DNA of 64,000 nt, from assembly GCA_963663235.2 (NCBI GenBank), contig CAXXNO010000004.1, forward strand, positions 132,515-196,514. Reading direction: 5' to 3'. A program made the position numbers and the translations under genes. Within the stretch, counting starts at the first letter, position 1. Each line of letters opens with the position of its first letter. This stretch comes from Dehalococcoidia bacterium. GTDB lineage: Bacteria > Chloroflexota > Dehalococcoidia > Bin125. The notes under the pieces were generated by a model. It was given only the letters and a program-made list of their open reading frames with translations, was not told the origin of the DNA and ran no database searches. Positions 45,134-53,959 of this stretch are shown piece after piece.

Positions 45134-45179
45134 GTCCCTGTCGCCGTCCTCGCACGTCCCTGTCGCCGTCCCTGTCGCT
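45134..45179. repeat. three copies of gtccctgtcgc(c/t)
   Basis: Copies at 45134-45145, 45156-45167 and 45168-45179 (the last two in tandem), directly upstream of the palindrome. Confidence 0.8.
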
Positions 45180-45182
45180 GTC

Positions 45183-45229
45183 CGTGCACGTCCCGACGCC
45201 CGGCTCTGCCGGGCGTCGGGACGTGCACG
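45183..45229. terminator. perfect 47-nt palindrome (22-bp stem, 3-nt loop), a terminator or attenuator candidate between the regulator operon and flbD
   Basis: cgtgcacgtcccgacgcccggc-tct-gccgggcgtcgggacgtgcacg. No U-tract follows. Confidence 0.45.
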
Positions 45230-45361
45230 TGAGGGGCGCCGGGCGGATCAGATCGGGAAAGGGTGTGGTGCGTTTCGGGAGGCGCGCCGCACGGCCTAGG
45301 GGCTCTCCCACTACTGAGCGCCAGAGCGCCTGCGCATACTGCTGAGAGGCTGGAGGTGCGG

Positions 45362-45598
45362 GTGATCGCGCTGACGAAACTGGACGGCGCCACTGTGTAC
45401 GTCAACCCGGACCTCATGCAGTACATCGAGGCGCACCCGGACACGCGCATCACGTTGATCACAGGGACCCGCCTGATTGTGCGAGAGGACCCGCCCACGA
45501 TCGTGGAGCGCTTGATCAAATACCGGCGGGCGGTGGCGGTGGAAGGCAACGCGGCGCGGGCGATGCTCGGGCGCGTGGCGGCCGTAGGGAAACCCTAA
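45362..45598 (+). CDS. flbD: flagellar protein FlbD
   Basis: M(V)IALTKLDGATVYVNPDLMQYIEAHPDTRITLITGTRLIVREDPPTIVERLIKYRR is the canonical FlbD pattern. GGAGG lies 5 nt upstream of GTG 45362. Confidence 0.85.
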   Translation: MIALTKLDGATVYVNPDLMQYIEAHPDTRITLITGTRLIVREDPPTIVERLIKYRRAVAVEGNAARAMLGRVAAVGKP

Positions 45599-45601
45599 AC
45601 G

Positions 45602-46414
45602 ATGGACACGGCCACGCTGGTGGGGTTGTTGCTGGGCTTCGTGGGGGTGTTCGGCGGGAACATGATGGAAGGCGGATCAATCTCGGCGCTGATCAACATT
45701 CCGGGCTTCATGATCGTGGTGCTCGGATCGATCGGCGCGGGGATCGCCAACTACCCCCTGGAGACGGCCAAGCGCCTGCCCAAGATCCTGGGCAAGGTGT
45801 TCAAAAAGCAGGAAGTGAACACGGCGCGTGTGGTGCCGATATTCGTGCGCATGGCGGACAAGGCGCGGCGGGAAGGGCTGCTCTCGCTGGAAGAAGAGAG
45901 CCAGCAGATAGACGACGCGTACATGCGCAAAGGGCTGCAGCTGATGATCGACGGGACGGACGCGACCGAGCTGCGGGACATCATGGAGATCGAGACCGAG
46001 GCGATGGAGGAACGGCACGCGACCAACCGGGGACTGCTAGAGGCGATCGGCGGCTACGCGCCCACGCTGGGCGTGATGGGCGCAATCATGGGGCTGATTG
46101 CGGTGCTCTCCAACCTGAACGACACGGAGAGCCTGGGGCACGGTATCGCGGTGGCGTTCGTGGCGTCGTTCTACGGGGTGTTCACCGCCAACCTCATCTG
46201 GCTGCCGTTCGCCGGGAAACTGAAGCTCAAGACTCAGGATGAAGCGCGCATGCGCAGCGCCATGCTGGAAGGGCTGCTGGCGATCCAGTCGGGCGACAAT
46301 CCGCGGATCGTGAAGGAGAAGCTGGAAGGGTACCTGGAGCCGTCGGCGCGTGGCGTCAGCGACGAGCAGGGCGAGGCGCCGACGGCGGACGCGGCGGAAC
46401 CGGAGGCCGCATGA
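45602..46414 (+). CDS. motA: flagellar stator protein MotA
   Basis: MotA/TolQ/ExbB channel layout with a conserved C-terminal TM pair (GYAPTLGVMGAIMGLI...AFVASFYGVFTANLIWLPFAGKL). Confidence 0.93.
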   Translation: MDTATLVGLLLGFVGVFGGNMMEGGSISALINIPGFMIVVLGSIGAGIANYPLETAKRLPKILGKVFKKQEVNTARVVPIFVRMADKARREGLLSLEEESQQIDDAYMRKGLQLMIDGTDATELRDIMEIETEAMEERHATNRGLLEAIGGYAPTLGVMGAIMGLIAVLSNLNDTESLGHGIAVAFVASFYGVFTANLIWLPFAGKLKLKTQDEARMRSAMLEGLLAIQSGDNPRIVKEKLEGYLEPSARGVSDEQGEAPTADAAEPEAA

Positions 46415-47202
46415 GCGCCCGCCGCAAGCACAAAGAGGAGCACAGCGAGGGCGGCGAGCGCTGGCTGATCACGTACGCCGACCTGGTGACGTTGCTCTTC
46501 GCGGTGTTCATTGTGCTGTACGCGGGCTCCAACTCAGACGAAGAACGGTTCGGCAGGACGGCGGAAGGGATCCGCCAGGCGTTCGATGTCGGGTTGGGGG
46601 TCCTGAGCGGCGGCGGCTCCGATCCGGGCGTCTTCGAAGAGGGCGGCGACGCCGTGCCGCTCCCAACGGTGCAGGGGAACAGCGATGCGGAGCCCGTGCT
46701 GCGCGAGGTGAACGCGCTGGCGCAAAGCCACGGCCTCAGTGGACAAGTCAACGTTCGACTGGAAGAGGGGCGGCTGATTATCGCGTTGGCGAACGACCTG
46801 CTCTTCGACGCCGCGAGCGCCAGCATCGATGAGCAGGCGATCACGTTCTTGAGCGACCTGGGCGGCGTGCTGGTCGATCTGCCGCAGCCGATCCAGGTCG
46901 AGGGGCATACGGACAGTGTGCCGATCAACACAGAAGCGTTCCCGAGCAACTGGGAGCTGTCCACGGCCCGGGCCACCGTGGTGCTGCGCTTCTTGGTGGA
47001 GCAGGCGGGAGTGAGCGCGTCGCGGATCCACGCGGCGGGCTTCGCCGACCAACGGCCGATCGCGGACAACGTGAGCGCGGAGGGTCGCGCGGCGAACCGT
47101 CGCGCGAACGTGGTGATCCTGTTCCCGCCCGACGAGCTTGCGGAGAGCCTGCCGGCGCCGATCGGGGAGACCGGGGCGGAAGTCGAGGCGGCGTTGCGAT
47201 GA
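46411..47202 (+). CDS. motB: flagellar stator protein MotB (OmpA-like C-terminal domain)
   Basis: ERWLITYADLVTLLFAVFIVLY plug/TM with the conserved Asp. The OmpA-like part reads EGHTDSVPI...NWELSTARA...NRRANVVI. ATGA overlap with motA. Confidence 0.93.
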   Translation: MSARRKHKEEHSEGGERWLITYADLVTLLFAVFIVLYAGSNSDEERFGRTAEGIRQAFDVGLGVLSGGGSDPGVFEEGGDAVPLPTVQGNSDAEPVLREVNALAQSHGLSGQVNVRLEEGRLIIALANDLLFDAASASIDEQAITFLSDLGGVLVDLPQPIQVEGHTDSVPINTEAFPSNWELSTARATVVLRFLVEQAGVSASRIHAAGFADQRPIADNVSAEGRAANRRANVVILFPPDELAESLPAPIGETGAEVEAALR

Positions 47203-47690
47203 AGGTGCTGAAGAACCCCAAAGCGAAGAAGGGGATAATCCTGCTCGTGGTCCTGGCGGCGGCGTATTTCGTTGTGTGGCCGCGCCTGCAAGGCGACACG
47301 AGCGAGATTGAGCTGCCGGCGCACCCGAACCCGGGCCCGACGTACACCGTGGGCCCGCGCGTGTACAACCTGACGGTGCCCGCGGGGGAGCCGCCGCGGT
47401 TCGTGAAGCTTGCGGCCGTCTTTGAGTTCGCGGAAGAGGAACCGGCCTTCTTTCTGCTGGAGGGGGAAGCGCTGCACGCGGCGCTGGAAAGCTTCGCGGA
47501 GGAGTTGGGCCCGAAGCGGCCGGTGATCGAGGACGCGGTGGGATCGACGGTGAGCGCCGAGACGTACGAGGACCTGGCGACCGTTGCGGGTCGCGAGCGG
47601 CTCAAGGAGGAGCTGAGCAAGGCGGTGGCCGTCGCCGTGGGCGAGCCCGAACTGCTCACCGTCTACTTGACCGAGTTCGTGATTCAGTAG
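47199..47690 (+). CDS. fliL: flagellar basal-body-associated protein FliL
   Basis: An N-terminal TM, then YNLTVPAGEPPRFVKLAAVFEF and C-terminal LLTVYLTEFVIQ. Confidence 0.85.
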   Translation: MKVLKNPKAKKGIILLVVLAAAYFVVWPRLQGDTSEIELPAHPNPGPTYTVGPRVYNLTVPAGEPPRFVKLAAVFEFAEEEPAFFLLEGEALHAALESFAEELGPKRPVIEDAVGSTVSAETYEDLATVAGRERLKEELSKAVAVAVGEPELLTVYLTEFVIQ

Positions 47691-47695
47691 CGGCC

Positions 47696-48811
47696 ATGCC
47701 TCCTAACAGCCGACTCACCCAGCGCGAGATCGACACCCTCCTGAGCGGCGGCCCAGGCGAGGGCGAGCGACAGCCGGCGAAGCAGCCAGGGGGTGTCTGG
47801 GGGGAGCGCGGCTTCGGCAAAACGGTGAGACGGTACGACTTCCGCCGTCCCGACAAGTTCTCCAAGGAGCATCTGCGATCGCTGCAATCGCTGCACGAGA
47901 CGTTCGCGCGGGCGGCGGGGACGGCGCTGACGAACCAGGTGCGCTGCAACGTGGAGATCAAGCTCTCATCGATCGAGCAGGGGTTGTACGAGGAGTACGT
48001 GGGGCAGGTGGCAGGGGCGTCGTTTGTGCACACGCTGGAGATGTCGCCGCTGGATGGATCGATCGTCATCCAGTACGGGCAGGACGTGGGGCTGTTGATC
48101 TTCGACCGGCTGCTGGGCGGGGCGGGCGCCCAGTTGGAGAACGGCCACGAAGTGACCGACGTTGAACTGCACTTGTTGCGGGGCTTCGCCGAGATGCTGG
48201 CCGCCGCCATGGGCGAGGCCTGGTCCAACCTCTGCCCGGTCACGCCGTCTGTCGCGGACACGCAGATGGACATCAACCTGGCGCAGATTGCGCCGCCTTC
48301 GGAGGTGGTGATCACGGTGCTGATGGAGATCACGCTGCTGGACACCGTGGGCGTCCTGAGCGTGTGTACGCCGTACAGCGTGCTGGAAGGGGTGCTGTCC
48401 CGGCTGAGCGCGCAGTCATGGGTGGGGACGGGGGGCCGCAAGCAACCGGGCGAGATTGTGGGACAGCTGCTGCGGCGGCAAATTGAGCGCACGCGCGTGC
48501 CGATCAGCGCCGACTACGGCAGCGCCTCCGTTCGGGCCCGCGACCTGGCGCGCCTGGAGGTGGGGGACGTGATCCGGTTGGATGCCCCCATCACCCACAC
48601 AGTGCCGGTGCGCGTGGGCGGGGTGCGCAAGTGGCTGGCGCGTCCGGGGCGGTCGTCGGGGCGCATGGCGGTGCGCATTGAACGGTGGGCCCCGGAAGAG
48701 GTGGCGGGCGTGGGCCAGAGCGCGGCGGGCGCGGGTGAGGGGACGACGCCGTTGCCGTCGCCGACGACGGCGGAACCGGCGGCAGAAAGCGAGCGCAACC
48801 GTGCCGCCTGA
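47696..48811 (+). CDS. fliM: flagellar motor switch protein FliM
   Basis: LTQREIDTLLSG CheY-P binding peptide, RRYDFRRPDKFSKEHLRSLQSLHETFAR, and a C-terminal SpoA-like domain. Confidence 0.94.
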   Translation: MPPNSRLTQREIDTLLSGGPGEGERQPAKQPGGVWGERGFGKTVRRYDFRRPDKFSKEHLRSLQSLHETFARAAGTALTNQVRCNVEIKLSSIEQGLYEEYVGQVAGASFVHTLEMSPLDGSIVIQYGQDVGLLIFDRLLGGAGAQLENGHEVTDVELHLLRGFAEMLAAAMGEAWSNLCPVTPSVADTQMDINLAQIAPPSEVVITVLMEITLLDTVGVLSVCTPYSVLEGVLSRLSAQSWVGTGGRKQPGEIVGQLLRRQIERTRVPISADYGSASVRARDLARLEVGDVIRLDAPITHTVPVRVGGVRKWLARPGRSSGRMAVRIERWAPEEVAGVGQSAAGAGEGTTPLPSPTTAEPAAESERNRAA

Positions 48812-49835
48812 GAGCGAGCCCGTGAACGGCGACTGGGGGGAGCAGGCGGCGCTGTGCGCGTTTGGGGTGAAAGCGCGCGAGGCCGGGCCGGTGGCGGTGG
48901 AGAACGTGCTCGGCAAGGCGGTGCGGCTGGAGCAGACCAGCCTGCGGCCGACGGCCGACGCCGACCTGGAAGAAGAATTCGGCGAACTGCGGCACGTGGC
49001 GATCGAGGCACGGGTGGCGCTGTCCGAGGTGGAGGCGCACCTCAGCACGCTGCTCATCCCCTTGCCGGGGATTGGGGCGTTGCTGGATGACGCGGTGGAC
49101 CCGGAGGCCCTGGACGAGAGCGCGGGGATGGAATCCGTGGAGCAGCGCAGCAAAGAGCTGCTGCATCTGCTGAGTCTCATGCTGTTCGGCGATTCGCCGA
49201 TCCCCGGCGAGATCACCCTGTCCGCCGTGCGGGTGGACGGAATTGACGAGAGCGCGGGGATGGTGGCGGACAGCGCGGGCGGGGCGGCGCTGCACCGCAT
49301 CGATCACGCCCTCACGGTGGGGGAGAACGATCCGGTGCGGATCACGTTGGTCGCGCCGGAGACGCTGCTCAGCGGCCTGGTTGCGGCGCTGGCCGGCGAC
49401 GGCGCGTCCGACGAGCAGGGGGCGGACGCGGCCGGCGCGGTCGACGAACAGGGAACGGACGAGGCCGACGAGGCGCCGATGTTCGACGACGAGGAGTTGA
49501 TCGCTATCGACCCGGTGGACCTGCCGGACCTCGACACGATCAGCAGCATGTCCGTGGAGGGCGAGCCGCGTCCGCTGGACCTGCTGCTGGATGTCTCGAT
49601 GCAGGTCAGCGCCGAGTTGGGCCGCTGCCAGATGACCGTGGAGGAGATCCTCAGCATCAGCCCCGGCTCCGTGGTGGAGTTAGACAAGCTGGCCGGCGAG
49701 CCGGTGGACGTGCTGATCAACGACCTCCTCATTGCCCGCGGAGAGGTGGTGATGGTGGACGAGAACTTTGAGGTCCGGATCACGGAGATCCTGAGCCCGC
49801 GGACGATCCCCACGGCGCAAGCGGAACCGGTATGA
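48801..49835 (+). CDS. fliN: flagellar motor switch protein FliN/FliY (long form)
   Basis: GTG 48801 overlaps the fliM end. The C-terminal SpoA domain reads LLLDVSMQVSAELGRCQMTVEEILSISPGSVVELDKLAGEPVDVLINDLLIARGEVVMVDENFEVRITEI. Confidence 0.9.
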   Translation: MPPESEPVNGDWGEQAALCAFGVKAREAGPVAVENVLGKAVRLEQTSLRPTADADLEEEFGELRHVAIEARVALSEVEAHLSTLLIPLPGIGALLDDAVDPEALDESAGMESVEQRSKELLHLLSLMLFGDSPIPGEITLSAVRVDGIDESAGMVADSAGGAALHRIDHALTVGENDPVRITLVAPETLLSGLVAALAGDGASDEQGADAAGAVDEQGTDEADEAPMFDDEELIAIDPVDLPDLDTISSMSVEGEPRPLDLLLDVSMQVSAELGRCQMTVEEILSISPGSVVELDKLAGEPVDVLINDLLIARGEVVMVDENFEVRITEILSPRTIPTAQAEPV

Positions 49836-50674
49836 AGACGGCGAAACCGATGTGGTTGATCGCCGGGGTCGCCGGGGTGGGGATCGGCGTGCTGGTGGTG
49901 GGGCCGGCGGCGCGCCTGGGCGAGGGGGGGGATGCGCTCTTCGCCGAGCCGCCCGATGCGGGCGAACTGGAGGAACTGGGCACGATTGGAGGCGCGAGCG
50001 CGGCGGCGGCGCCGGCCGACACGGCGGCCGACACGGCGGCCGACACGGCGGCCGACACGGCGGCCAGTGGGAGTGACGCGGCCGAGGCGGGGGAGATTGT
50101 CGGACGCAACGTGTCCTCGTTCGACGCAGGGGACATTTTCGGGCTGCTGTGGCGGCTGGCGCTGGTGGGCGGGATCATCTACGCCTCCATTTTCCTGCTG
50201 CGCAAGTTCGTGAATCGCAGCAGCCGGTTCCGCAGCGACTCGGGCGCGCTGCAGGTGCTGGAGACGATCGGCCTGGGGAGCAACCGGCTGGTGTCGCTGG
50301 TGGAGGCCGGCGATCGCATCCTGGTGGTGGGGAGCGCGCCCAACCAGGTGACCCTGCTGGCGGAGTTGAGCGATCCGGAGGTGGTGGCGGGGCTGCGCGG
50401 CAGCGCGGACCAGAGCAGTCCGGGCGTCGCCACGCTGGGCGAGATGATGCGCAAGTTCGGGCAGAGCGCCGTGCAGCGCGTCGTCACGCGCGACGTCACC
50501 AGCGACGTCACCGGCGACGCCGCGAGCCAGCCGGCGGAACGGCTGGACGTGCGGGCGCTGACGCCGGTCCTTGAGCGGCTGATGGAAACGCAGGCGGCGA
50601 TTGCGAAGCAGTCGGAGCGGCTGCAGGCCCAGGGCGACACGGTCGCCACCCCGGCGCGATCGGAAGCGGAGTGA
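49832..50674 (+). CDS. fliO: flagellar biosynthesis protein FliO/FliZ with extended repeat-containing N-terminus
   Basis: ATGA overlap with fliN. The TM plus conserved core reads [25 protein letters not shown]...[40 protein letters not shown]. Confidence 0.85.
   Translation: MKTAKPMWLIAGVAGVGIGVLVVGPAARLGEGGDALFAEPPDAGELEELGTIGGASAAAAPADTAADTAADTAADTAASGSDAAEAGEIVGRNVSSFDAGDIFGLLWRLALVGGIIYASIFLLRKFVNRSSRFRSDSGALQVLETIGLGSNRLVSLVEAGDRILVVGSAPNQVTLLAELSDPEVVAGLRGSADQSSPGVATLGEMMRKFGQSAVQRVVTRDVTSDVTGDAASQPAERLDVRALTPVLERLMETQAAIAKQSERLQAQGDTVATPARSEAE
50015..50062 (+). repeat. perfect 12-bp x4 tandem repeat (gccgacacggcg) encoding (ADTA)4 inside fliO
   Basis: Read directly from the sequence; it is in frame. 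Confidence 0.95.
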
Positions 50675-50678
50675 GCGC

Positions 50679-51521
50679 ATGGACCGTGGGGCGACGGTCG
50701 CTTCTTGCGGGCATTCGTTTGCTTCCCGCGGCATACGGCGGCGCAAGGGAACGGTGCTGGTGTTGCTGCTGGGCGGGGCGCTGCTGTTGAGCGGGTGTAC
50801 GGAGGACGGCTTCAGCATCGACATCAGCCTGGGCGAGGGCGAGGGCGAGGGTGGGGTCACCGCCGTCGATGGAACGTCGGAGGAGACAGCGGGAGTCGGC
50901 GTGGGCACGATCCAGTTGCTGAGGCTGCTCACTGTGCTGGCCCTGGCGCCGGCGTTCCTGATCATGATCACGTCCTTCACGCGGATGATCGTGGTGCTCT
51001 CGTTGGTGCGGAACGCAATCGGCGTGCCGCAACTGCCGCCCAACCAAGTGCTACTGGGCCTGGCGCTCTTCCTGACGCTGTTCGTGATGGCGCCCACGTT
51101 CGAGGAGATCAACGCGACGGCGCTGCAGCCGTACTTCGCGGGCGAGATCACGCAGGGCGAAGCGTTTGAGGCCGGGCAGGAGCCGCTGCGGGAGTTCATG
51201 TTCAAGCAAACGCGAGAGAAGGATCTCGGGCTGTTCATCAAGCTCAGCGGTGAGGAGCAGCCCGCGACGCCGGCGGACGTGCCGACGCACGTGTTGATCC
51301 CGGCGTTCATCATCTCGGAGCTGAAGACGGCGTTTCAGATGGGGTTCATCGCCTTTGTGCCGTTTCTGATCATCGACATCGTGGTAAGCAGCGGGCTGCT
51401 GTCGATGGGGATGATGATGCTGCCGCCGGTGATTGTGTCGTTGCCGTTCAAGATCCTGTTGTTCGTGCTGGTCGATGGGTGGTCGCTGATCGTGGGATCG
51501 CTCGTGAGCAGCTTCAACTAG
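50679..51521 (+). CDS. fliP: flagellar export-gate protein FliP
   Basis: Signal/lipobox-like N-terminus (LLLSGC), then [50 protein letters not shown]. Confidence 0.94.
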   Translation: MDRGATVASCGHSFASRGIRRRKGTVLVLLLGGALLLSGCTEDGFSIDISLGEGEGEGGVTAVDGTSEETAGVGVGTIQLLRLLTVLALAPAFLIMITSFTRMIVVLSLVRNAIGVPQLPPNQVLLGLALFLTLFVMAPTFEEINATALQPYFAGEITQGEAFEAGQEPLREFMFKQTREKDLGLFIKLSGEEQPATPADVPTHVLIPAFIISELKTAFQMGFIAFVPFLIIDIVVSSGLLSMGMMMLPPVIVSLPFKILLFVLVDGWSLIVGSLVSSFN

Positions 51522-51545
51522 GCGGGGCATCGAGGAGAGGCGCAC

Positions 51546-51812
51546 ATGTCCGAGGATTTCGTGGTGGCGCTGGGGCGGGATGCCCTGACGACGGCGTTGT
51601 TGGTGGGAGCGCCGGTCTTGGGCTTCAGCCTGGTGACGGGGCTGGTGGTGTCTATCTTCCAGGCCGTGACCCAGATCAACGAGGTCACGCTGACGTTTGT
51701 CCCCAAGATCCTGGCGGTGTTCGCGGCGCTGGCGCTGTTCGGGCCGTGGAGCATGCAAGTGCTGCTGCAGTTTTCCGAGCGGCTGTTGGGCAACCTGGGC
51801 GCGGGCCTGTGA
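51546..51812 (+). CDS. fliQ: flagellar export-gate protein FliQ
   Basis: 88 aa; PVLGFSLVTGLVVSIFQAVTQINEVTLTFVPKILAVF. Confidence 0.94.
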   Translation: MSEDFVVALGRDALTTALLVGAPVLGFSLVTGLVVSIFQAVTQINEVTLTFVPKILAVFAALALFGPWSMQVLLQFSERLLGNLGAGL

Positions 51813-51856
51813 GCGGCCCGCCTGGGGCCGCGATGGCGGGAGCGAAGTGAGCACGG

Positions 51857-52630
51857 GTGTTCGGCCTCACAGAAGCGCTGCTTGCGTCGTATGTGCTGAT
51901 CGTGGTGCGGCTGAGCGCGGCGCTGGTGGTCATGCCGATGTTCGGGGGCCATCAGGTGCCGCCGCACACCAAGATCGGGCTGGCGCTGTTCCTGGGGTTG
52001 ATCATCGCTCCGCTGCAGGGGCCGCTGGAGCTGCCGCCGGGGCTGGGGCCGCTGTTGGTGGCGGCGGGGGGCGAAGCGATCGTGGGGATGGCGATCGGCT
52101 TCGCGGTGCTGCTGGTGTTCCAGGGCTTGGAGATGGCCGGCGGGATGATCGGGGTGCAGATGGGGATGGGGCTGGGCGAGGTGCTCGACCCGATCAGCGG
52201 CGCGGCGTCGAACGTGTTGCGGCGCTTCTATGGCGTCCTGGCCACGCTGATCTTCTTCATGGCCGACGCCCATCACCAAGTGATCGGGGGGCTGGTGGGG
52301 AGCTTTGCGCTGATCCCGCCGACGACCTTGAGCGCCGAATCGTTGAGCCTCCCGGTGCTGTTGCAGATCAGCGCGGCAATGTTCGTGGTGGCGGTGCGGA
52401 TCGCGCTGCCGGTCCTAGCGGCGCTGTTCATCGCCGATCTGGGCCTGGCGATGGTGGCGCGCACGATGCCGCAACTGAACGTCCTGGTGGTGGGGCTGCC
52501 GCTGAAGATCGGGCTGGGGCTGCTGATCCTGATCGCGGCGCTGCCCGCCACGGCGCAGCTGATGCACCTCACTTTCGGCGGCGTGCTGGACGCGCTCACC
52601 TTGCTCCTGACCCCAGCCGCGGAGCAGTGA
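51857..52630 (+). CDS. fliR: flagellar export-gate protein FliR
   Basis: A 257-aa polytopic protein in the conserved fliPQR position. It has a typical N-terminus (VRLSAALVVMPMFGG..VP) and MPQLNVLVVGLPLKIGLG. Confidence 0.92.
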   Translation: MFGLTEALLASYVLIVVRLSAALVVMPMFGGHQVPPHTKIGLALFLGLIIAPLQGPLELPPGLGPLLVAAGGEAIVGMAIGFAVLLVFQGLEMAGGMIGVQMGMGLGEVLDPISGAASNVLRRFYGVLATLIFFMADAHHQVIGGLVGSFALIPPTTLSAESLSLPVLLQISAAMFVVAVRIALPVLAALFIADLGLAMVARTMPQLNVLVVGLPLKIGLGLLILIAALPATAQLMHLTFGGVLDALTLLLTPAAEQ

Positions 52631-52638
52631 CGTAGCCC

Positions 52639-53937
52639 ATGCCCGGCGAGAAGACTGAAGCCCCCACGCCCAAACGGCGCGAAGAGGCCCGCCGACGGGG
52701 CCAGGTGGCGCGCAGCCAGGAACTGAGCGCCGTGGTGGTGCTGCTGGGCGGCTTGATGCTGCTGCGGTTCGCCGGCGCCGGGATGGTGAATGGGCTGACG
52801 GGCCTGATGACGGGCGCGTTCCTGAACCTGGGCACGGAGGAGTTCACGGCCGCCGGGATTATGGGGGGCGGCAGCGACGTGATGCTGCGCGTGATCCAGA
52901 TCCTGCTGCCCTTTCTGCTGGGAGTGGCGGTGCTGAGCATCGCCGGCAACGTGCTGCAGACCGGGCCGGTGTTGAGCGGGAAACCGCTGCGTCCGCAGTG
53001 GAGCCGCATCAACCCGGGCAAGGGGGCGAAGCGGATTGTGGGCAAGGACGGGATGGCGACGTTTGCCCGCAACCTGCTGAAGATGTCGTTGGTCGGCGGG
53101 GTGATCGTCTGGGTGGTGCGGGCCCGCTTCCCGGAGTTCAGCGCGCTGGGCAATGTCAGCGCCGAGGCGGGGAGCACGCGGTTCGCGGCGATCGCGTTCG
53201 AAGTGTTGTTCGCCGGGGCGGCGATGATGCTGGTCATCGCGCTGCTGGATCTGCTGTGGCAGCGGCGTCGCTTCCAGCAGCAGCTTCGCATGAGCAAGCA
53301 AGACGTCCGCGACGAACTGAAACGCAGCGAGGGCGACCCGGGCATCCGGGGCCGGATGCGGCAGCTGCGCCGGGACCTCTTCAACCGCATGATCTCGCAA
53401 GTGCCCAGCGCGACGGTGGTGGTGACCAACCCGACGGAGATCGCCGTGGCGCTGCGCTACGACCCGCTCTCGGACAAGGCGCCGGTGGTGGTGGCCAAGG
53501 GGCAGACGGCGGAGGCCCTGCGCGAAACGCTGGGGCGCGAACCGGAAGATCACGAGGTGGCCGAGGCGGCCGGCGTCACGGTGGATCGCTACTACACGAT
53601 GCTGACGGACGCCTCCTGGGTGACCGTGAGCCTAGACAACCTACTGGCTTCGAGCGCCGACGGTGAGGGTTATCCCGCCGCCGAGATGCCGAAAGACCCT
53701 GATGCCACTGACGCCGTCCGAACGATAGAACGGAAGGAGTTAGTTAAGGCGCTGGCACTTGCTATTGAGCAGTTGCCGGACCGAGAGCGCTTGGTGGTTG
53801 CGCTGTACTACCAGGATGAGCTGACCCAGCGCGAGATCGCCAAAGTGCTGGAGATTTCGGAGTCGCGGGTCTGTCAGTTGCACGCTCGATCGCTGGAGCG
53901 GCTACGCACCACGCTGCGCGTGCATTTGGCGGCTTAG
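52639..53937 (+). CDS. flhB: chimeric ORF: FlhB (residues 1 to about 293) fused in frame to sigma-28 (FliA) regions 3-4
   Basis: The FlhB part reads MPGEKTEAPTPKRREEARRRGQVARSQEL.., has 4 TM helices, then MSKQDVRDELKRSEGDP..VVVTNPTEIAVALRYD..APVVVAKGQ. It continues without a stop as LRETLGREPEDHEVAEAAGVTVDRYY..SLD..LPDRERLVVALYYQDELTQREIAKVLEISESRVCQLHARSLERLR. Confidence 0.85.
   Translation: MPGEKTEAPTPKRREEARRRGQVARSQELSAVVVLLGGLMLLRFAGAGMVNGLTGLMTGAFLNLGTEEFTAAGIMGGGSDVMLRVIQILLPFLLGVAVLSIAGNVLQTGPVLSGKPLRPQWSRINPGKGAKRIVGKDGMATFARNLLKMSLVGGVIVWVVRARFPEFSALGNVSAEAGSTRFAAIAFEVLFAGAAMMLVIALLDLLWQRRRFQQQLRMSKQDVRDELKRSEGDPGIRGRMRQLRRDLFNRMISQVPSATVVVTNPTEIAVALRYDPLSDKAPVVVAKGQTAEALRETLGREPEDHEVAEAAGVTVDRYYTMLTDASWVTVSLDNLLASSADGEGYPAAEMPKDPDATDAVRTIERKELVKALALAIEQLPDRERLVVALYYQDELTQREIAKVLEISESRVCQLHARSLERLRTTLRVHLAA
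53518..53937 (+). pseudogene. fliA: 3' portion of fliA (sigma-70 family regions 3 and 4 only), lacking region 2 and its own start
   Basis: The region 4.2 HTH (LTQREIAKVLEISESRVCQLHARSLERLR) and region 3-like LGREPEDHEVAEAAGVTVDRYY are present. No -10-recognition region 2 is upstream. Third positions are noticeably more A/T-rich from about 53630 on. Confidence 0.75.
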
Positions 53938-53959
53938 CAAAGGGGTCTAGGAAGCTTCC

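Noticed and set aside
45087-45311. 74-aa minus-strand ORF across the flbD upstream region
   Set aside because: It translates the 12-mer repeats and the palindrome (..DSDRDGDRDVRGRRQGR..). It has no start signal and no coding bias.
45230-45361. Sigma-28 type promoter (TAAA-N15-GCCGATAA) upstream of flbD; also checked ahead of flgM (about 56600-56660) and flgK (about 57480-57517)
   Set aside because: No acceptable match was seen by eye at any of the three places. Promoter calls in this GC-rich background are unreliable without data.
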